NCBI RefSeq assembly: GCF_036365525.1
Contig: NC_090399.1
Location: 8,555,558 to 8,619,557 of the forward strand
DNA length: 64,000 nt
Direction of reading: 5' to 3'
DNA from: Heterodontus francisci
Lineage: Eukaryota
The position numbers and the translations under genes were made by a program. Each line of letters opens with the position of its first letter. Positions within the stretch are counted from its first letter, which is position 1. The notes under the pieces were generated by a model. The model saw nothing but the letters and a program-made list of their open reading frames with translations, had not been told where the DNA came from and made no database searches. Shown here in pieces: positions 1-11,930 of the stretch.

Positions 1-179
1 GGGTCTTTCTTTAATTTGGAAAGTTTAAAAATGATATGTTAGGCAATCTGTGGAGGGACAGGGCTGAATCAACGGTGCGTTTCTCCCACCACAATCAGAA
101 TCGTATATTTTGACTGGGGGCTTTGACTTGAGTGGTCAGTCGTAACAATAGTCAAACTTGCAAAGGAGTTTGGAACAAA

Positions 180-540
180 GGAGATAGAGGGGAGATTTGA
201 TGGAGATGTACAAGATTATGACAGGCTTCGATAAGTTAGAACAAAAGAATTGCTCCCATTAACTGATGGTACAAAGACTAAGGGAGACAGTTTGAAGATT
301 TTGGGTAAGAGATGTAGGGTAAATGAGAGGAATGTAGTAATGACCTGGAACTCTCTTCCCATGAAAGTGGTGGAAGTGCAGACAATTCACGATTTCGAAA
401 GCAAACTGGATGGGCACTTGAAGGAAATAAATTTGCAGGGCTGCAGGGATCGAGCGTGGGAGTGGGATTGGCTTGATTGCTCTGTGGAGACCTGGCATGG
501 ACTTGATGGACAGAATGGCCTCCTTTTGTGCCATATATAA
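180..540 (+). mobile_element. CR1 LINE 3' fragment (decayed)
   Basis: RGDL-x-x-x-YKIM and WNSLP-like coding remnant plus CR1 3'UTR (atggcctcct...tgtgc). Confidence 0.75.
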
Positions 541-899
541 TTCTACCTGCTTCACGGGAGTATTAAATTTAATACTGAGCCTCATGTAGAGATATTAGGA
601 AAAGTGACCATTAGGCAGTTGGTGGATCAAACTTCAAAGCTGTTACGTGTCTCCAAATGTCAAATCAGGGAAGTTTCCTTTTTGAATCTAATTGGTAACT
701 AAGATTTATTAGCTGATCTCCCGTGGCATTGCTCATGTGCAATCTGGAGTCTGGGCTGTAGTTGTGATGTTTAACTGCCAAGGTGAAATTGTGTTTCACT
801 TGGCCTGTCCTTTTAAAGGTACCACTCAACTACTCTCATCAGTGCAGTGGTTTAAGTGGGCGCATGCCGAACTCAATTCGAGGATATTGTCAGGTTCCA

Positions 900-1807
900 C
901 ATGTACACTGATGGCAGCTCTACCTCACCATCGCCTCTCTCAACTCCTCCACCATCTCTGATGCCATGCTGCTTGTCCGACATCTCCTACTAGATGAGCA
1001 GAAATTGCCTCCAACTAAATATTGGGAAGACCGAAGTCATTGACCATCTTTGGACCAGTCACAAATTCTGTTCCCTAGCCACTGACTCTAACCCTCTCCA
1101 TGGTCACTGTCTGAGGCTGAACCAGACCACTCACAACCTTGGTGTTGTATCTGTCCGAGATGAGTTTCTGACCACATATCAGCAAGACATTCCACTTCAG
1201 CCTCCGTAACACTGCCCGTCTCCGCTCCTGCCTCAGCTCTTCTGCTACTGAAACAATCATTCATGCCTTTGCGATCTCTAAACTTGATTATTCCAATGCT
1301 GGCCTGGCCAGCCTCCTATCTTCCACCCGCCATAAATTTAAGCTTATCCAAAACTCTGCTATCTCTCTCCTAACTTGCCCCAACTCCCATTCATCTACCA
1401 CCCAATGCTGAGCTACACTGGCTCCTGGTTAAGCAAAGCCTCGACTTTAAACTTCCCATCCTCATTTTCAAATCCCTCCATGACCTCACCATTTCCTATC
1501 TCTGCAACCTCCTCCAACCCTCTGTGTTAACTGTGCCCCTCCAATTCTGGCCTCTTGAACATCCACCATTGAAGGCCGTGCCTTGTGCTGCAGAGGCCCC
1601 AAGCTCTGGAATTACCTCCCTAAACCTGTCCAGCTCTCCCCTTCCTTTACGACTCCTTAAAATCTTTCTCTTGGCCAAGCTTTTGGTCAGCTGTCCTCAT
1701 ATCTCCTTATGTGGCTCAGTGTCAAATTTTGTTTCACAACTTTCCTGTGAAGTGCCTCGGGACATTTTATTACATTAAAGGTGCTATATAAATGCAAGTT
1801 GTTGTTG
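900..1807 (+). mobile_element. L2-type LINE 3' fragment
   Basis: LQLNIGKTE, ET-x-IHAF and LDYSN remnants; tail ggtgctatataaatgcaagttgttgttg. Boundaries approximate. Confidence 0.75.
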
Positions 1808-2146
1808 TCAATTTCTGAGATCCAGCATATCAAGGTGATATAAAACAACAGTTGGCATTCTTCTTATTTATATGATTTGACGTTGAGATGTGAAGGTCTG
1901 TTAGTGAACATGGTTGGGGAAACAAAACAGATGTAATTGTATTTGCCACATTATATCATATGCCTGATACTGAATAATATTGAAGGAATCAGTCAATGGA
2001 ACTGAATGTCAGGCAGAGTGTTTAACAGCAGACCAGTGCAATACCAGTTTTGTCTCCATGACCACATCCAACTTTACTCTTGAGGATTTTGCTTACTTTA
2101 CAGTCTTTTAACTGGAATAATGTTAAACTGTTACGTATGCTCTTAC

Positions 2147-2266
2147 CTCGAATCTTTTTACGTTTTCTTTTGTGGAATATTATATCAAAAACAACAGCTG
2201 CAATCAGAAGGCCTACAAACACCCAGAAAATTACCAGCCAGGCGTTAACCTTCGGGAAGAATGTTT
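2147..2266 (-). CDS. Butyrophilin-like gene, transmembrane exon (ETFFPKVNAWLVIFWVFVGLLIAAVVFDIIFHKRKRKKIR)
   Basis: Acceptor tttactttacag| and donor |gtaag; 120 nt, phase 1-1, in frame with the IgC exon; hydrophobic stretch followed by a basic stop-transfer cluster. Confidence 0.9.
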
Positions 2267-2372
2267 CTGTAAAGTAAAAAAGAACAGAATCAGTGTCTGA
2301 TTGGAAAGATGGACCTTGGGGACCCAAATTTCTTTGGGGTCTTTAGAGCTATCAGACCCAGACCAGATTTCT

Positions 2373-2470
2373 CAGGTCATTGACCTGAAACATTAACTCT
2401 GCTTCTCTCTCCACAGATGCTGCCTGACCTGCTGAGCATTTCCAGCATTTTCTGTTTTGGTTTCAGATTT
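2373..2470 (+). mobile_element. Short Penelope-type terminal repeat
   Basis: aggtcattgacctgaaacattaactct...ccacagatgctgcctgacctgctgag; related copies at about 21553-21655, 29415-29500 (-), 33410-33485 and 50223-50320. Confidence 0.6.
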
Positions 2471-3290
2471 CGAACTGCTGTCCCAAGGCACCCAGAACCC
2501 CATCAGAAACCCTGAGATAAGGGCATTTACTTAAACTGGGTCACTATCTGCTTTAGGGTTTAAGGAAAATTGGTGTATTAAGGAGCACAGATCAATGCGC
2601 AGTGGTGGGGGAAGGGGGAGGGGGTGGTCACATAATCCCTGCAAGCATTATGGGAAAGGTATCAAATGTAAGGACTTAAACAATACAACCTCAATGGAAA
2701 TATTGCTTGCCAACTGACAAGACTCAAACTTGAGACCATCATATATTGATATTGGTATATCAGGCATTGGTCCCAATACAATTACAATAGGGCAATACAA
2801 GGAAGGCAAACTAGGTCAAAGAAATTGTGCAGAAGGAGAGGAACTTGTGCTTTCCAATGGCTGCTGAACTTGGGAGGATAAAGGAGGCCATACTACTGCA
2901 TTTAAAGATGCTTGCAGCTGCTTATAGCCTAACTGGTAAAATTAGTATGTCAGCAACCCATATGATCATCTGATCCTAGGTTGCATTTCTTGTCTCTGCT
3001 GAGTGAGGAAGTCACAGTCAGGGGAACAGTAGGAGAGACAATACAATTGGCCCGAGGAGGAGAAATACATTAGACAATGCTTCTGGTAGATTGTGACCTC
3101 TGTTGGATTATGTATCTGAATATCAGAAGAGGACAGGATTGAGCTTGGCTGTGGTACCTCAATAGTTGATGAGCTGGCTGTATGGGCCCACGTTTGGCAA
3201 ATAACATCAGGAAGACATACCAGAGCAGAATTAATATCCAGTGACAGTCAGTGCAGTAGTTATAAAATAATGAAAGCTTGGTTCACATAC

Positions 3291-3575
3291 CTGATATCTG
3301 GAGATGGGCCTCTTCATCTTTGTTCAATAAACTGTTCTGCATTAGACAGGAGAATCTGTTCGCAGAATTACTTGTTACATCAATTTGAGATAAAACAGTA
3401 AACAGGCCGCTGGAGTCTTTCTGATGTGTTGTTACAGGTTGTGCTGTCACAACTTTTCCATTCCCATCCAGCCACTGTACATCTGGCTCAGGATACCACC
3501 CATCCGATTTACACACAAGACGAACTCCTTGTCTACTGATTCCCTCCAGCTGAATCCAAGGCTGCTGACCAGTAC
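3291..3575 (-). CDS. Butyrophilin-like gene, IgC exon (GTGQQPWIQLEG...LVCKSDGWYPEPDVQW...GLFTV...FSCLMQNSLL...LQIS)
   Basis: Acceptor cttacag| and donor |gtatgt; 285 nt, phase 1-1; C-x-S-x-GWYP-x-P-x-V-x-W, GLF and SC-x-x-x-N-x-LL motifs typical of BTN/B7 IgC domains. Confidence 0.93.
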
Positions 3576-3732
3576 CTGTAAGTGGAATTTAACTATCAGT
3601 ACGATATTAAGTTTACATGATCAATGGAAATTATTCTCCTCATGTTTACTGTGACAATGCACCATAATTGTAGACCATTAAGTGTTAATATTAAAGCAAT
3701 CAAAGCTCCTCTAACAAAAGGTTAGACTAGAT

Positions 3733-4702
3733 TATAATGTAGTGGTCCGTATAATGTAGAGTTCACTATAATGTAGTGTTAAGTATAATACAGAGTTCAC
3801 TACAATACAGAGTTCAGTATAATCTAGCGTTCACTATAATGCGGCGTTCACTATAATGTAAAGTTCAGTGTAATGTAGAGTTCAGTGTAATGTAGAGTTC
3901 ACTATAATGCAGTGTTCACTACAATTTGGAGTTCAGTATAATGTAGACTTCACTATAATGTAGTGTTCAGTATAATATAATGTAGTGTTCACTATAATGT
4001 AGTGTTCAGTATAATATAATGTTCTTTCTTTTGGGCCTCCTTATCTCGAGAGACAATGGATACGCGCCTGGAGGTGGTCAGTGGTTTGTGAAGCAGCGCC
4101 TGGAGTGGCTATAAAGGCCAATTCTGGAGTGACAGGCTCTTCCACAGGTGCTGCAGAGAAATTTGTTTGTTGGGGCTGTTGCACAGTTGGCTCTCCCCTT
4201 GCGCCTCTGTCTTTTTTCCTGCCAACTACTAAGTCTCTTCGACTCGCCACAATTTAGCCCTGTCTTTATGGCTGCCCGCCAGCTCTGGCGAATGCTGGCA
4301 ACTGACTCCCTATAATGTAGTGTTCACTAAAATGTAGAGTTCACTATAATGCAGTGTTCACTATAATGTAATGTAGTGTTCACTACAAGGTAGTGTTCAC
4401 TACCATACACTATTGTGAACTCTACATTATAGTGCTCACTACAATGTAGTGTTAAGTATAATATAATGTAGTGTTCACTATAATGTAGCGTTCAGTATAA
4501 TATAATGTAGTGTTCACTAAAATGTAGAGTTTACTATAATGCAGTGTTCACTATAATGTAATGTAGTGTTCACTACAAGGTAGTGTTCACTACAATACAT
4601 TATAGTGAACGCTACATTATAGTGTTCACTACAATGTATTGTTAAGTATAATATAATGTAGTGTTCACTACAATGTATTGTTAAGTATAACGTAGTGTTC
4701 AT
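3733..4702. repeat. 17-bp minisatellite (tataatgtagtgttcac) interrupted by an RTE fragment
   Basis: Tandem units are directly visible; some are inverted; a ~190-bp higher-order duplication spans about 4311-4500 and 4501-4690. Confidence 0.9.
4022..4310 (-). mobile_element. RTE-clade LINE 3' end
   Basis: Reverse complement closely matches 44715-45000 and 57045-57325. Confidence 0.85.
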
Positions 4703-4984
4703 TGCTTTATTGGCACATTCACCTTTTCACTAAATTTGACAGCCCAGGAATTGGGATTTTTAAAAAAAGGTTAGTGCCCCACTGTTGATAAATAATGATA
4801 CAATCTTTACAACTCCTGTGGAGGCGGGGGGAGGGGGCGGGTGGTTCTTGTTTGGGACATTTCGATTAAATTAAAGAATAGTCATTTCAACCTCGATAAC
4901 ATAATTACTTCTATCCCCACCTCTTCCTTTTCGTATATCAAACCCTTACTTCTGGATTTCTCTTGACATTCTCCTCAATCTCCT

Positions 4985-5720
4985 CCACAATTCTGCATCA
5001 ACCTCAAACTGGCCCAAAACTGTGTTGTCCCAATCCCATCCTGCACTAAACTGCACTTACCAATCATTCACTTGCCCTCAATGACTTATACTGGCTCCCA
5101 ATCCGACATCTATTAAATTGAGATGCTTCTCATTGCTTTCAAATCCCCCCATGGCCTTTCCTCACCTCCCTCCGCGGCATCTTCCTCGCCTCCCTCCGCG
5201 GCATCTTCCTCGCCTCCCTCCGCGGCATCTTCCTCGCCTCCCTCCGCGGCATCTTTCTCGCCTCCCTCCGCGGCATCTTCCTCGCCTCCCTCCGCGGCAT
5301 CTTCCTCGCCTCCCTCCGCGGCATCTTCCTCGCCTCCCTCCGCGGCATCTTCCTCGCCTCCCTCCGCGGCATCTTCCTCGCCTCCCTCCGCGGCATCTTC
5401 CTCGCCTCCCTCCGCGGCATCTTCCTCGCCTCCCTCCGCGGCATCTTCCTCGCCTCCCTCCGTGGCATCTTCCTCGCCTCCCTCCGCGGCATCTTCCTCA
5501 CCTCCCTCCGCGGCATCTTCCTCACCTCCCTCCGCAGCATCTTCCTCACCTCCCTCCGCAGCATCTTCCTGCCTTGTATTTTCTTCTGCTCCCTTCAGTT
5601 TTCTGTGCATCTGCCCAAACATTTGTGGTACTGCCTAAAATTTTCTCCCTAAAGTTCTCTGCTTCCTTTCCTCTCACTCCGCCTTTTTCAACATGGTTTT
5701 AGTCACCTCTATTAATCTTC
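4985..5720 (+). mobile_element. L2-type LINE fragment containing a 24-bp tandem expansion
   Basis: tacactggctccc...ttttcaaatccctccatggcc-like L2 sequence flanks the array. Confidence 0.6.
5157..5570. repeat. 24-bp GC-rich minisatellite (cctcgcctccctccgcggcatctt) x ~17
   Basis: Tandem units are directly visible; they explain the 8-aa periodic ORFs at 5113-5702. Confidence 0.95.
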
Positions 5721-5751
5721 CCCTTTCTGGCCTGGCCTCCATTCCCTTACA

Positions 5752-6160
5752 GAGCCGTGTCAGCTGTGGCTCAGTTGGTTGTATTCTTGCCTCTCAGTGG
5801 CTTTAAGTCCCACTCCAGAGACTTCTACACATGATCTATGCTGAAGGTGCTGACTTTCAGATGAGGTGCTAAACCAAGGCCCGGTTTACAGTCTAATGTG
5901 AATGTAAAAGTTTCCACGGCAATATTTGCAAGAAAGGGGAGGCATTCCCGGTGTCCTGGTCAATATTTATCCCTCAATCAACATCACAAAAACAGATGAA
6001 CTGGCCATTATCAGACTGCTGTTTGTGGGAGCTTGCTGTGCGTATATTGGCTTCCACATTACATCAGTAATTACACTTCCAAACTACTTCATTGACTGTA
6101 AAGTGCTTTGGGATATCCTGAGGTTGTGAATGGTGCTATAGAAACACAAGGTCGTTCTTT
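5752..6160 (+). mobile_element. DeuSINE (SacSINE1-like)
   Basis: tRNA-like head (tggctcagttggt), Deu-domain-like core (aatatttatccctcaatcaacatcac...gtttgtgggagcttgctgtg) and L2-like tail. Confidence 0.75.
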
Positions 6161-9100
6161 TCCAATTTGTTTCTCTCTCCCAGCCACTGTTGGATTTGGC
6201 ATTTAGTCTTTTTGTTTTGGGATGAGGAATGGCCACATGACTTCAGGTTTGACTGGTTCTGCATCTTCCTGTCCCTCAGGTAAACAGGTAGAAATCCAGA
6301 ATATACATCTCATCTTACATCTCCATTATTCAGAAGCACATTCTATGCAGAATTTTATCACTTTCATCCCTATTTATCCTTCAAGCCAGATATTCATCCA
6401 GTGCTTTTACAAGTTGTTAATCTGCCTTCATTGCCTGTTTTCATGTCCGTCATTCTTTGGGGAAAAGCCACAAATTATTCAATCTCTGTTCCCACTAATT
6501 TAGTTCTGAATCTCTCCAAGGGCTGATTTTCCCTCAGAGGATAGGAAATGGACATCAAGACTATTTCTATGTCCCAATTCCACCCGATTTATGAGGGTGG
6601 CCTGTTAGTTGGCTGGACGGTGGGTTTGGCGGCCAATTAGTGGCCATAAGGGTTGAAATGGAGATGGATCTGAAATGAAAGATTGCAGGCCTGATTTAAA
6701 CAGAACACGGTATTATGGCTGCCGTTTTAGTGCATCAATTTCTGACTTACTGGTGGAGCAGGAAAGGCAGAGTCTGGAACTTGGGGCAGGGCTGCCCCTC
6801 ACTTTTCTGATGCCGACCTGGAGGTCCTCCTCAAGACAGTGAGAGAGAGGAGGGAGGTCCTCTTTCCGGTCCGCCTCAAGACAGTGAGGGAGAGGAGGGA
6901 GATCCTCTTTCCAATGGGTGGCAGGAGAAAGCCACCCTCCCAAAACAAGCAGGCCTGGATCGAGTTGGCAGAGACTGTAAACAGACACAATGTGGTGCAG
7001 GAAAAGGTTCAATGTGCAACACTAGACCCTCAGGGCAGGCGTCTGGGTATTCAGCCTCCAGCAGATACACCAGCTGAGGAGCCTGAGGGTGCATACTGCT
7101 CCTGAAAGTGGGAGTATGTGTATCTAGGGTACCTACTGACCCCTTAGCAAGGCTCAGAACCATAATACATTCAGCTACCCTCACTCAATCAGCCTCTGGC
7201 ATAGGCTATAGAGACTAGCAGTACCTTCTTTCTCTTTCTGTTGTCCTTGTAGGGGAAACAGGCACATAATGCCTGTGAAAGGGCACAGATTGGAGGGGGG
7301 GGGGCGCCATGGAGATCACCAGGTTATCTGACCACCAGTGAGTTATGGAAGGCAAGATGGACATCCCTGGTGGGAGAGGCTGAACAGAGACAGCAATGTG
7401 TAGATGAAAGGGGTGCAATGCACTTCAGCATGCCAAAGACTCAGCTGCATTGGGAAGCCCCAGCACTGTAGAGGATTCTGCTGTCCACAGCTAGTTCTCA
7501 TGATCTCTCCTTGTGTCTCCCACAAGTTCAGACGTTGAGGTGTAAAGACACCAGGCCAAGCGCTGCCAGAAGGCACCTCAGAACAAGCACTGTTACAACT
7601 GCACCCTCCACCAGCTCAGATACAATCACCTTGGCGGGTCCTCGTGTGCACATAGATAGGATGGCACTGGGTTAGCAGCATGTTACGAGTGAGCAGGAGG
7701 AGGTGACAGAGGCAGAGGCAGCTGTGGGCAGTCGCCCTCGGAGGATGGAGGACAGATACAGCCATGCTCAGAAGGTGTAGATGCAGGGCTTCAGGAGTCA
7801 CAAGAGGCTCGAAGATCAGCAGCAACAATGGGTGTGTTCCCACATGTCGGAGTTCCCTGAGGCAGTGTGGGGTCATGGGCTGAGAATGGAGGAATCCATC
7901 AGTTCATGTGCACCACCATGGCTCAGGCCTTTAAGTACATGAGCTCCTTCATTGAGAGAGTGGCCAACCTCATGGACAGCCATATGTGGCAGCACTTTGA
8001 GTACAAGCAGGAACTGCACACTGATGGTCACAGAATGCATGCCTGCTATGTAGTCTGGACCAGTCAGTGATGCTGCTGGCACAGGGATGTTTGGAGGAAA
8101 TGCCAGCTGGTGCTCCCCACCAAACCATCTGGAGTGAAAACCACCGAGGAGGATGAGGGTATCACCCTTCAATGGCCTCCTTGCCCTCTCTGACTGAAGG
8201 ACAATCTGTGCAGCAGAGTCCAGTGACAGAAGCTGCCCTTGCACTGACTCCTGTGCAGCAGCCTCTGGAGGGCCCCCCACTGCCCCCGTCCCCCACCAGC
8301 ACCTCCATGACATGGACAACTGCTACCTGCATCTCAGTCTTGAGTAGAAACAAGTGATCAGGCGTCCTCTAGGCGGCCACAAGGGGGGCACCAGGCAGGA
8401 GTGGCCGAGGGCAGAGGTTACCACATCGGGTAGAAGCACTGTGTGGATCAATGCGGTGTGTAACTGCGCACTTTTCCTTTTGTTCAAACGCAATGTAAGC
8501 ATTGACACAACGCCAGATGTGAGAGCTTCCATTTTTTAATGGTGGAATAAGAACAGAGGGATAAAGTCATGGAGGAAAGCAATGTCTTTGAAAGGGCACA
8601 ATGAAACCTCTGGACAGATGTACATCCTTCATTAGTGCAAGAGTGGATCTTTTTCAGGCTGTGTCTTCAATGGAAGAGCTCTCACCGGCAGCTGAAAGAG
8701 AGTTCCAGACCATACTGTCCTCCTGGGTTAGAAGGGCTCAGCTAAAACGTGCCTGGATCAGATGATCCCTAATGTTGATGGTATCCTGATAAGAATCCGG
8801 GGTCCTTCGCTGGACATGGCACCTCATTGTGTAGCCAGGGCACCCCTGTGTTCAGCATCTCCTTCCTCCTCCTGTTCCACCTCCTGCTCCTCCTCTTCCT
8901 CCAATGAGCTGCATTGTTTCAGGGCCTCACCCTGTTCAAGGTCCACACCTCTCTGGAAAGCCATGTTTTGGAAAGTGCAGCAGACCCACTATGATGCATG
9001 AAACCCTTGCAGGAGTGTACTGTAGGGCACCAGAGCACCAGAATCACATCTTCAGACGCCCGATAGCTGCTCAATGATGGTCTTTGTGAGCAGCTGGCTT

Positions 9101-9225
9101 CAGGTGTAGTGTCTTTGTGGCTCCGTCTTGGGGTCGCGTAAAGCGTGAGCAGACATTTCAAGGGATCACTCTTGTGCCCTTGAATTTATCTACGTAGTGT
9201 GGGGGTGAATGAAGAGCTGCAGTAG

Positions 9226-10420
9226 CCTGGACTTCAAGAGCTGAATTCCAGAGGTGAGGTGAGAGTGACTGCCCTTGACATCAAGGCAGCATTTGGCCTT
9301 GTATGGCATCAAGGAGCCCTAGCAAAACTGGAGTCAATGAGAATCGGGGGGAAACCTTCTGTTGGTTGGAGTCATACCTAACGAAAAGGAAGATGGTTGT
9401 GGTTGTTGGAAGTCAATAATCTCAGTCCCAGGACATCACTGCAGGAGTTCCTCAGGGTAGTGTCCTAGACGCAAACATCTTCAGCTGATTCATCAATGAT
9501 CTTCCCTCCATCATAAGGTCAGAAGTGGGGATGTTCGCTGATGATTGCACAATGTTCAGCACCATTCGCAACTCCTCAGATAGTGAAGCAGTCCATGTAC
9601 ATATGCAGCAAGACCTGGACAATATTCAAGCTTGGGTCTGATAAGTGGCAAGTAACATTTGCGCCACACAAGTGCCAGGCAATGACCATCTCCAAAAAGA
9701 GAGAATCCAGCCATTTCCCCTTGACATTCAATGCCATTACCATCTCTGAAACCCCCACTATCAACATCATTGACCAAAAACTGAACTGGACCAGCCACAA
9801 AAATACTGTGTCTACAAAAGCAGGTCAGAGGCTGGGAATTCTGTGGTGAGTAACTCACCTCCTGACTCCCCAAAGCCTGTCCCACCATCTACAGGGCACA
9901 AGTCAGGAGTGTGATGGAATACTCTCCACTTGCCTGGATGGGTGCAGCTCCAACAACACTCAAGAAGCTCAACACCATGCAGAACAAAGCAATCCACTTG
10001 ATTGTTTGTGGATGGGGTGCCATTCACTCCCTCCACCACAGATGCACTGTGGCAGCAGTGTGTACCATCTATAAGATGCACTGCAGCAACTCACCAAGGT
10101 TCCTTCGACAGCACCTTCCAAACCCACGGCCTCTACCACCTCGAAGGACAAGGGCAGCAGATGCAAGGGAACACCACCACTTCAAGTTCCCCTCCAAGCC
10201 ACACACCATCCTGACTTGGAACTATATCATTGTTCCTTCACAGTCGCTGGGTCAAAATCCTGGAACTTCCTTCCCAACAGCACTGTGGGTGTACCTAGCC
10301 CACATGGACTGTAGCAGTTCAAGAAGGCAGTTCACCATCACCTTTTCGCGGGCAATTAGGGATAGGCAATAAATGCTGGCCTGGCCAGTGATGCCCACAT
10401 CCCATGAAATAATTTTTAAA
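9226..10420 (+). mobile_element. CR1/L2-group LINE (here family B), RT and 3' end, nested in the Harbinger
   Basis: GVPQGSVL, FINDLP, MFADD and WQVTFAPHKC remnants; tail ggcaataaatgctggcc...gatgcccacatccc. Confidence 0.85.
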
Positions 10421-11052
10421 AAGATGTCAGGAAAGCGAGCACACACATGCAGGAAACTCTCCTTGTGATTGCAGACCAGTTAAGCATTGAGGGAATGGAA
10501 GCCTTTCCTGTTGAATCTCACTGGACAGTCAGTCAATGCATTGATGGCCACGGAGATGAAATCAATGATGCCCTGCACCTGGGTAAATCCAGCAATGGAG
10601 GTGAATCCCTGCCAGGTCCCATCTGTCCCGACACTGTCCAGTACTGCCCAGCTTTTACCAATAGGGCGTTAGTGACCTGTGGGATGCAATGTTGTGCAGC
10701 TGCTTATGAGATGCCTCCATGGTCCACTGCTCATCCTTGGAAGGAGCCAGAGATGAAGATGTTCAATGGCACATTGACTTTGATGGCTACTGGCAGGGCA
10801 CAGCAAGCAGTGCTGTGAGGTGGGAGGTCTTCCACAATGAGGGCACAAATCTCAGAGACCATCTGCTTTGATGGGTGCGGTGTCCTGTGGCACTGGTTCT
10901 CCGACATGTCTCGGTAGCACATCTTCGGCAGTACAGCCTATGTTGAGGATATGGCCTCCATGTCCTTCCTGCCCCTTGTCCCTCTCCTCTGCCCACTGAT
11001 GCCTGAGTCTGCTCTTCAACAACCTTACCTGGACTCATTAGCGGACCAGCAA

Positions 11053-11930
11053 GCAATTAAGAAGGCTAATAGTATGTTAGCCTTTATCACAAGAGGATTT
11101 GAGTACAGGAGTAGTGAAGTCTTGCTTCAATTGTATAGAACTTTGGTTAGAGCGCACCTGGAGTACTGTGTGCAGTTTTGGTCCCCTTACCTTAGGAAGG
11201 ATATTATTGCCATAGAGGGAGTGCAATGAAGGTTCACCAGACTTATTCCCGGGATGACGGGACTGTCCTATGAGATTGAAGAAACTGGGCCTGTATTCTC
11301 TGGAGTTTCAAAGAATGAGAGGTGATCTCATTGAAACTTACAAAATACTTAATCTACAGCGTAGATGCAGCTAAGATGTTTCCCCTGGTTGGGAAGTCTA
11401 GAAGCAGGGGACACAATTTCAAAATAAGGGGGAAGCCACTGAGGACAGAGATGAGGAGAAATTTCTTTACTCAGAGGGTTGTGAATGTTTGGAATTCTCT
11501 ACGCCAGAGGGCCATGGAAGCTGATTGGGCTGAATTAAAGGCCTGCTACCTGACCCGAACCCGACAGGACGCAACGACATGTGTCAGGTTCGGGTTGGGT
11601 CGGGTTGCACTTCCAGGTCCGGCATTCAGTCTTGGGTCGGACATGCTCTATCACCACCTCCAGTAAGTGGCTTCAATGTTAATATACTTTTGGACTTGAA
11701 AGGTGGTTTTGTTACAGTTATTTTAAGCTTGTGCAGATAAGCAACAAAGCGAAAACGGAAGGTAGATTAACTGATGGTTGGGTCGGGTTGGGCGCGGGAA
11801 AAAATGAAAGGACTCGGGCCGGTTCAGGCTCAGGGTCAGGTGTGGTTCTGTTGGGCTCGGGTCGAGTTTCATTTGCAGACCCGAGCCAGCCTTTAGGCTG
11901 AATGGCCTCCTCCTGTTCCTATGTTCCTGT
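11053..11930 (+). mobile_element. CR1 LINE 3' fragment nested in the Harbinger
   Basis: LQLYRTLVR-x-HLEYCVQFWSPYLRKDI and NFFTQRVVN-x-WNSL; 3'UTR gaatggcctcctcctgttcctatgttcct. Confidence 0.9.
11536..11895. mobile_element. Non-autonomous hAT element (MITE), 360 bp
   Basis: 8-bp TSD GGCTGAAT (11528-11535 and 11896-11903); imperfect TIRs TAAAGGCCTGCT / AGCCAGCCTTTA; many subterminal ACCCGA/TCGGGT motifs. Confidence 0.88.

Noticed and set aside
547-574. Possible small BTN cytoplasmic (heptad) exon bounded by ag/gt
   Set aside because: Poor polypyrimidine tract, 28-nt length and an in-frame TGA.
5113-5702. Long ORFs with EEDAAEGG / SSSPPSAA / PPRHLPRL repeats
   Set aside because: Translations of a 24-bp tandem repeat that is open in several frames; no splice or domain support.
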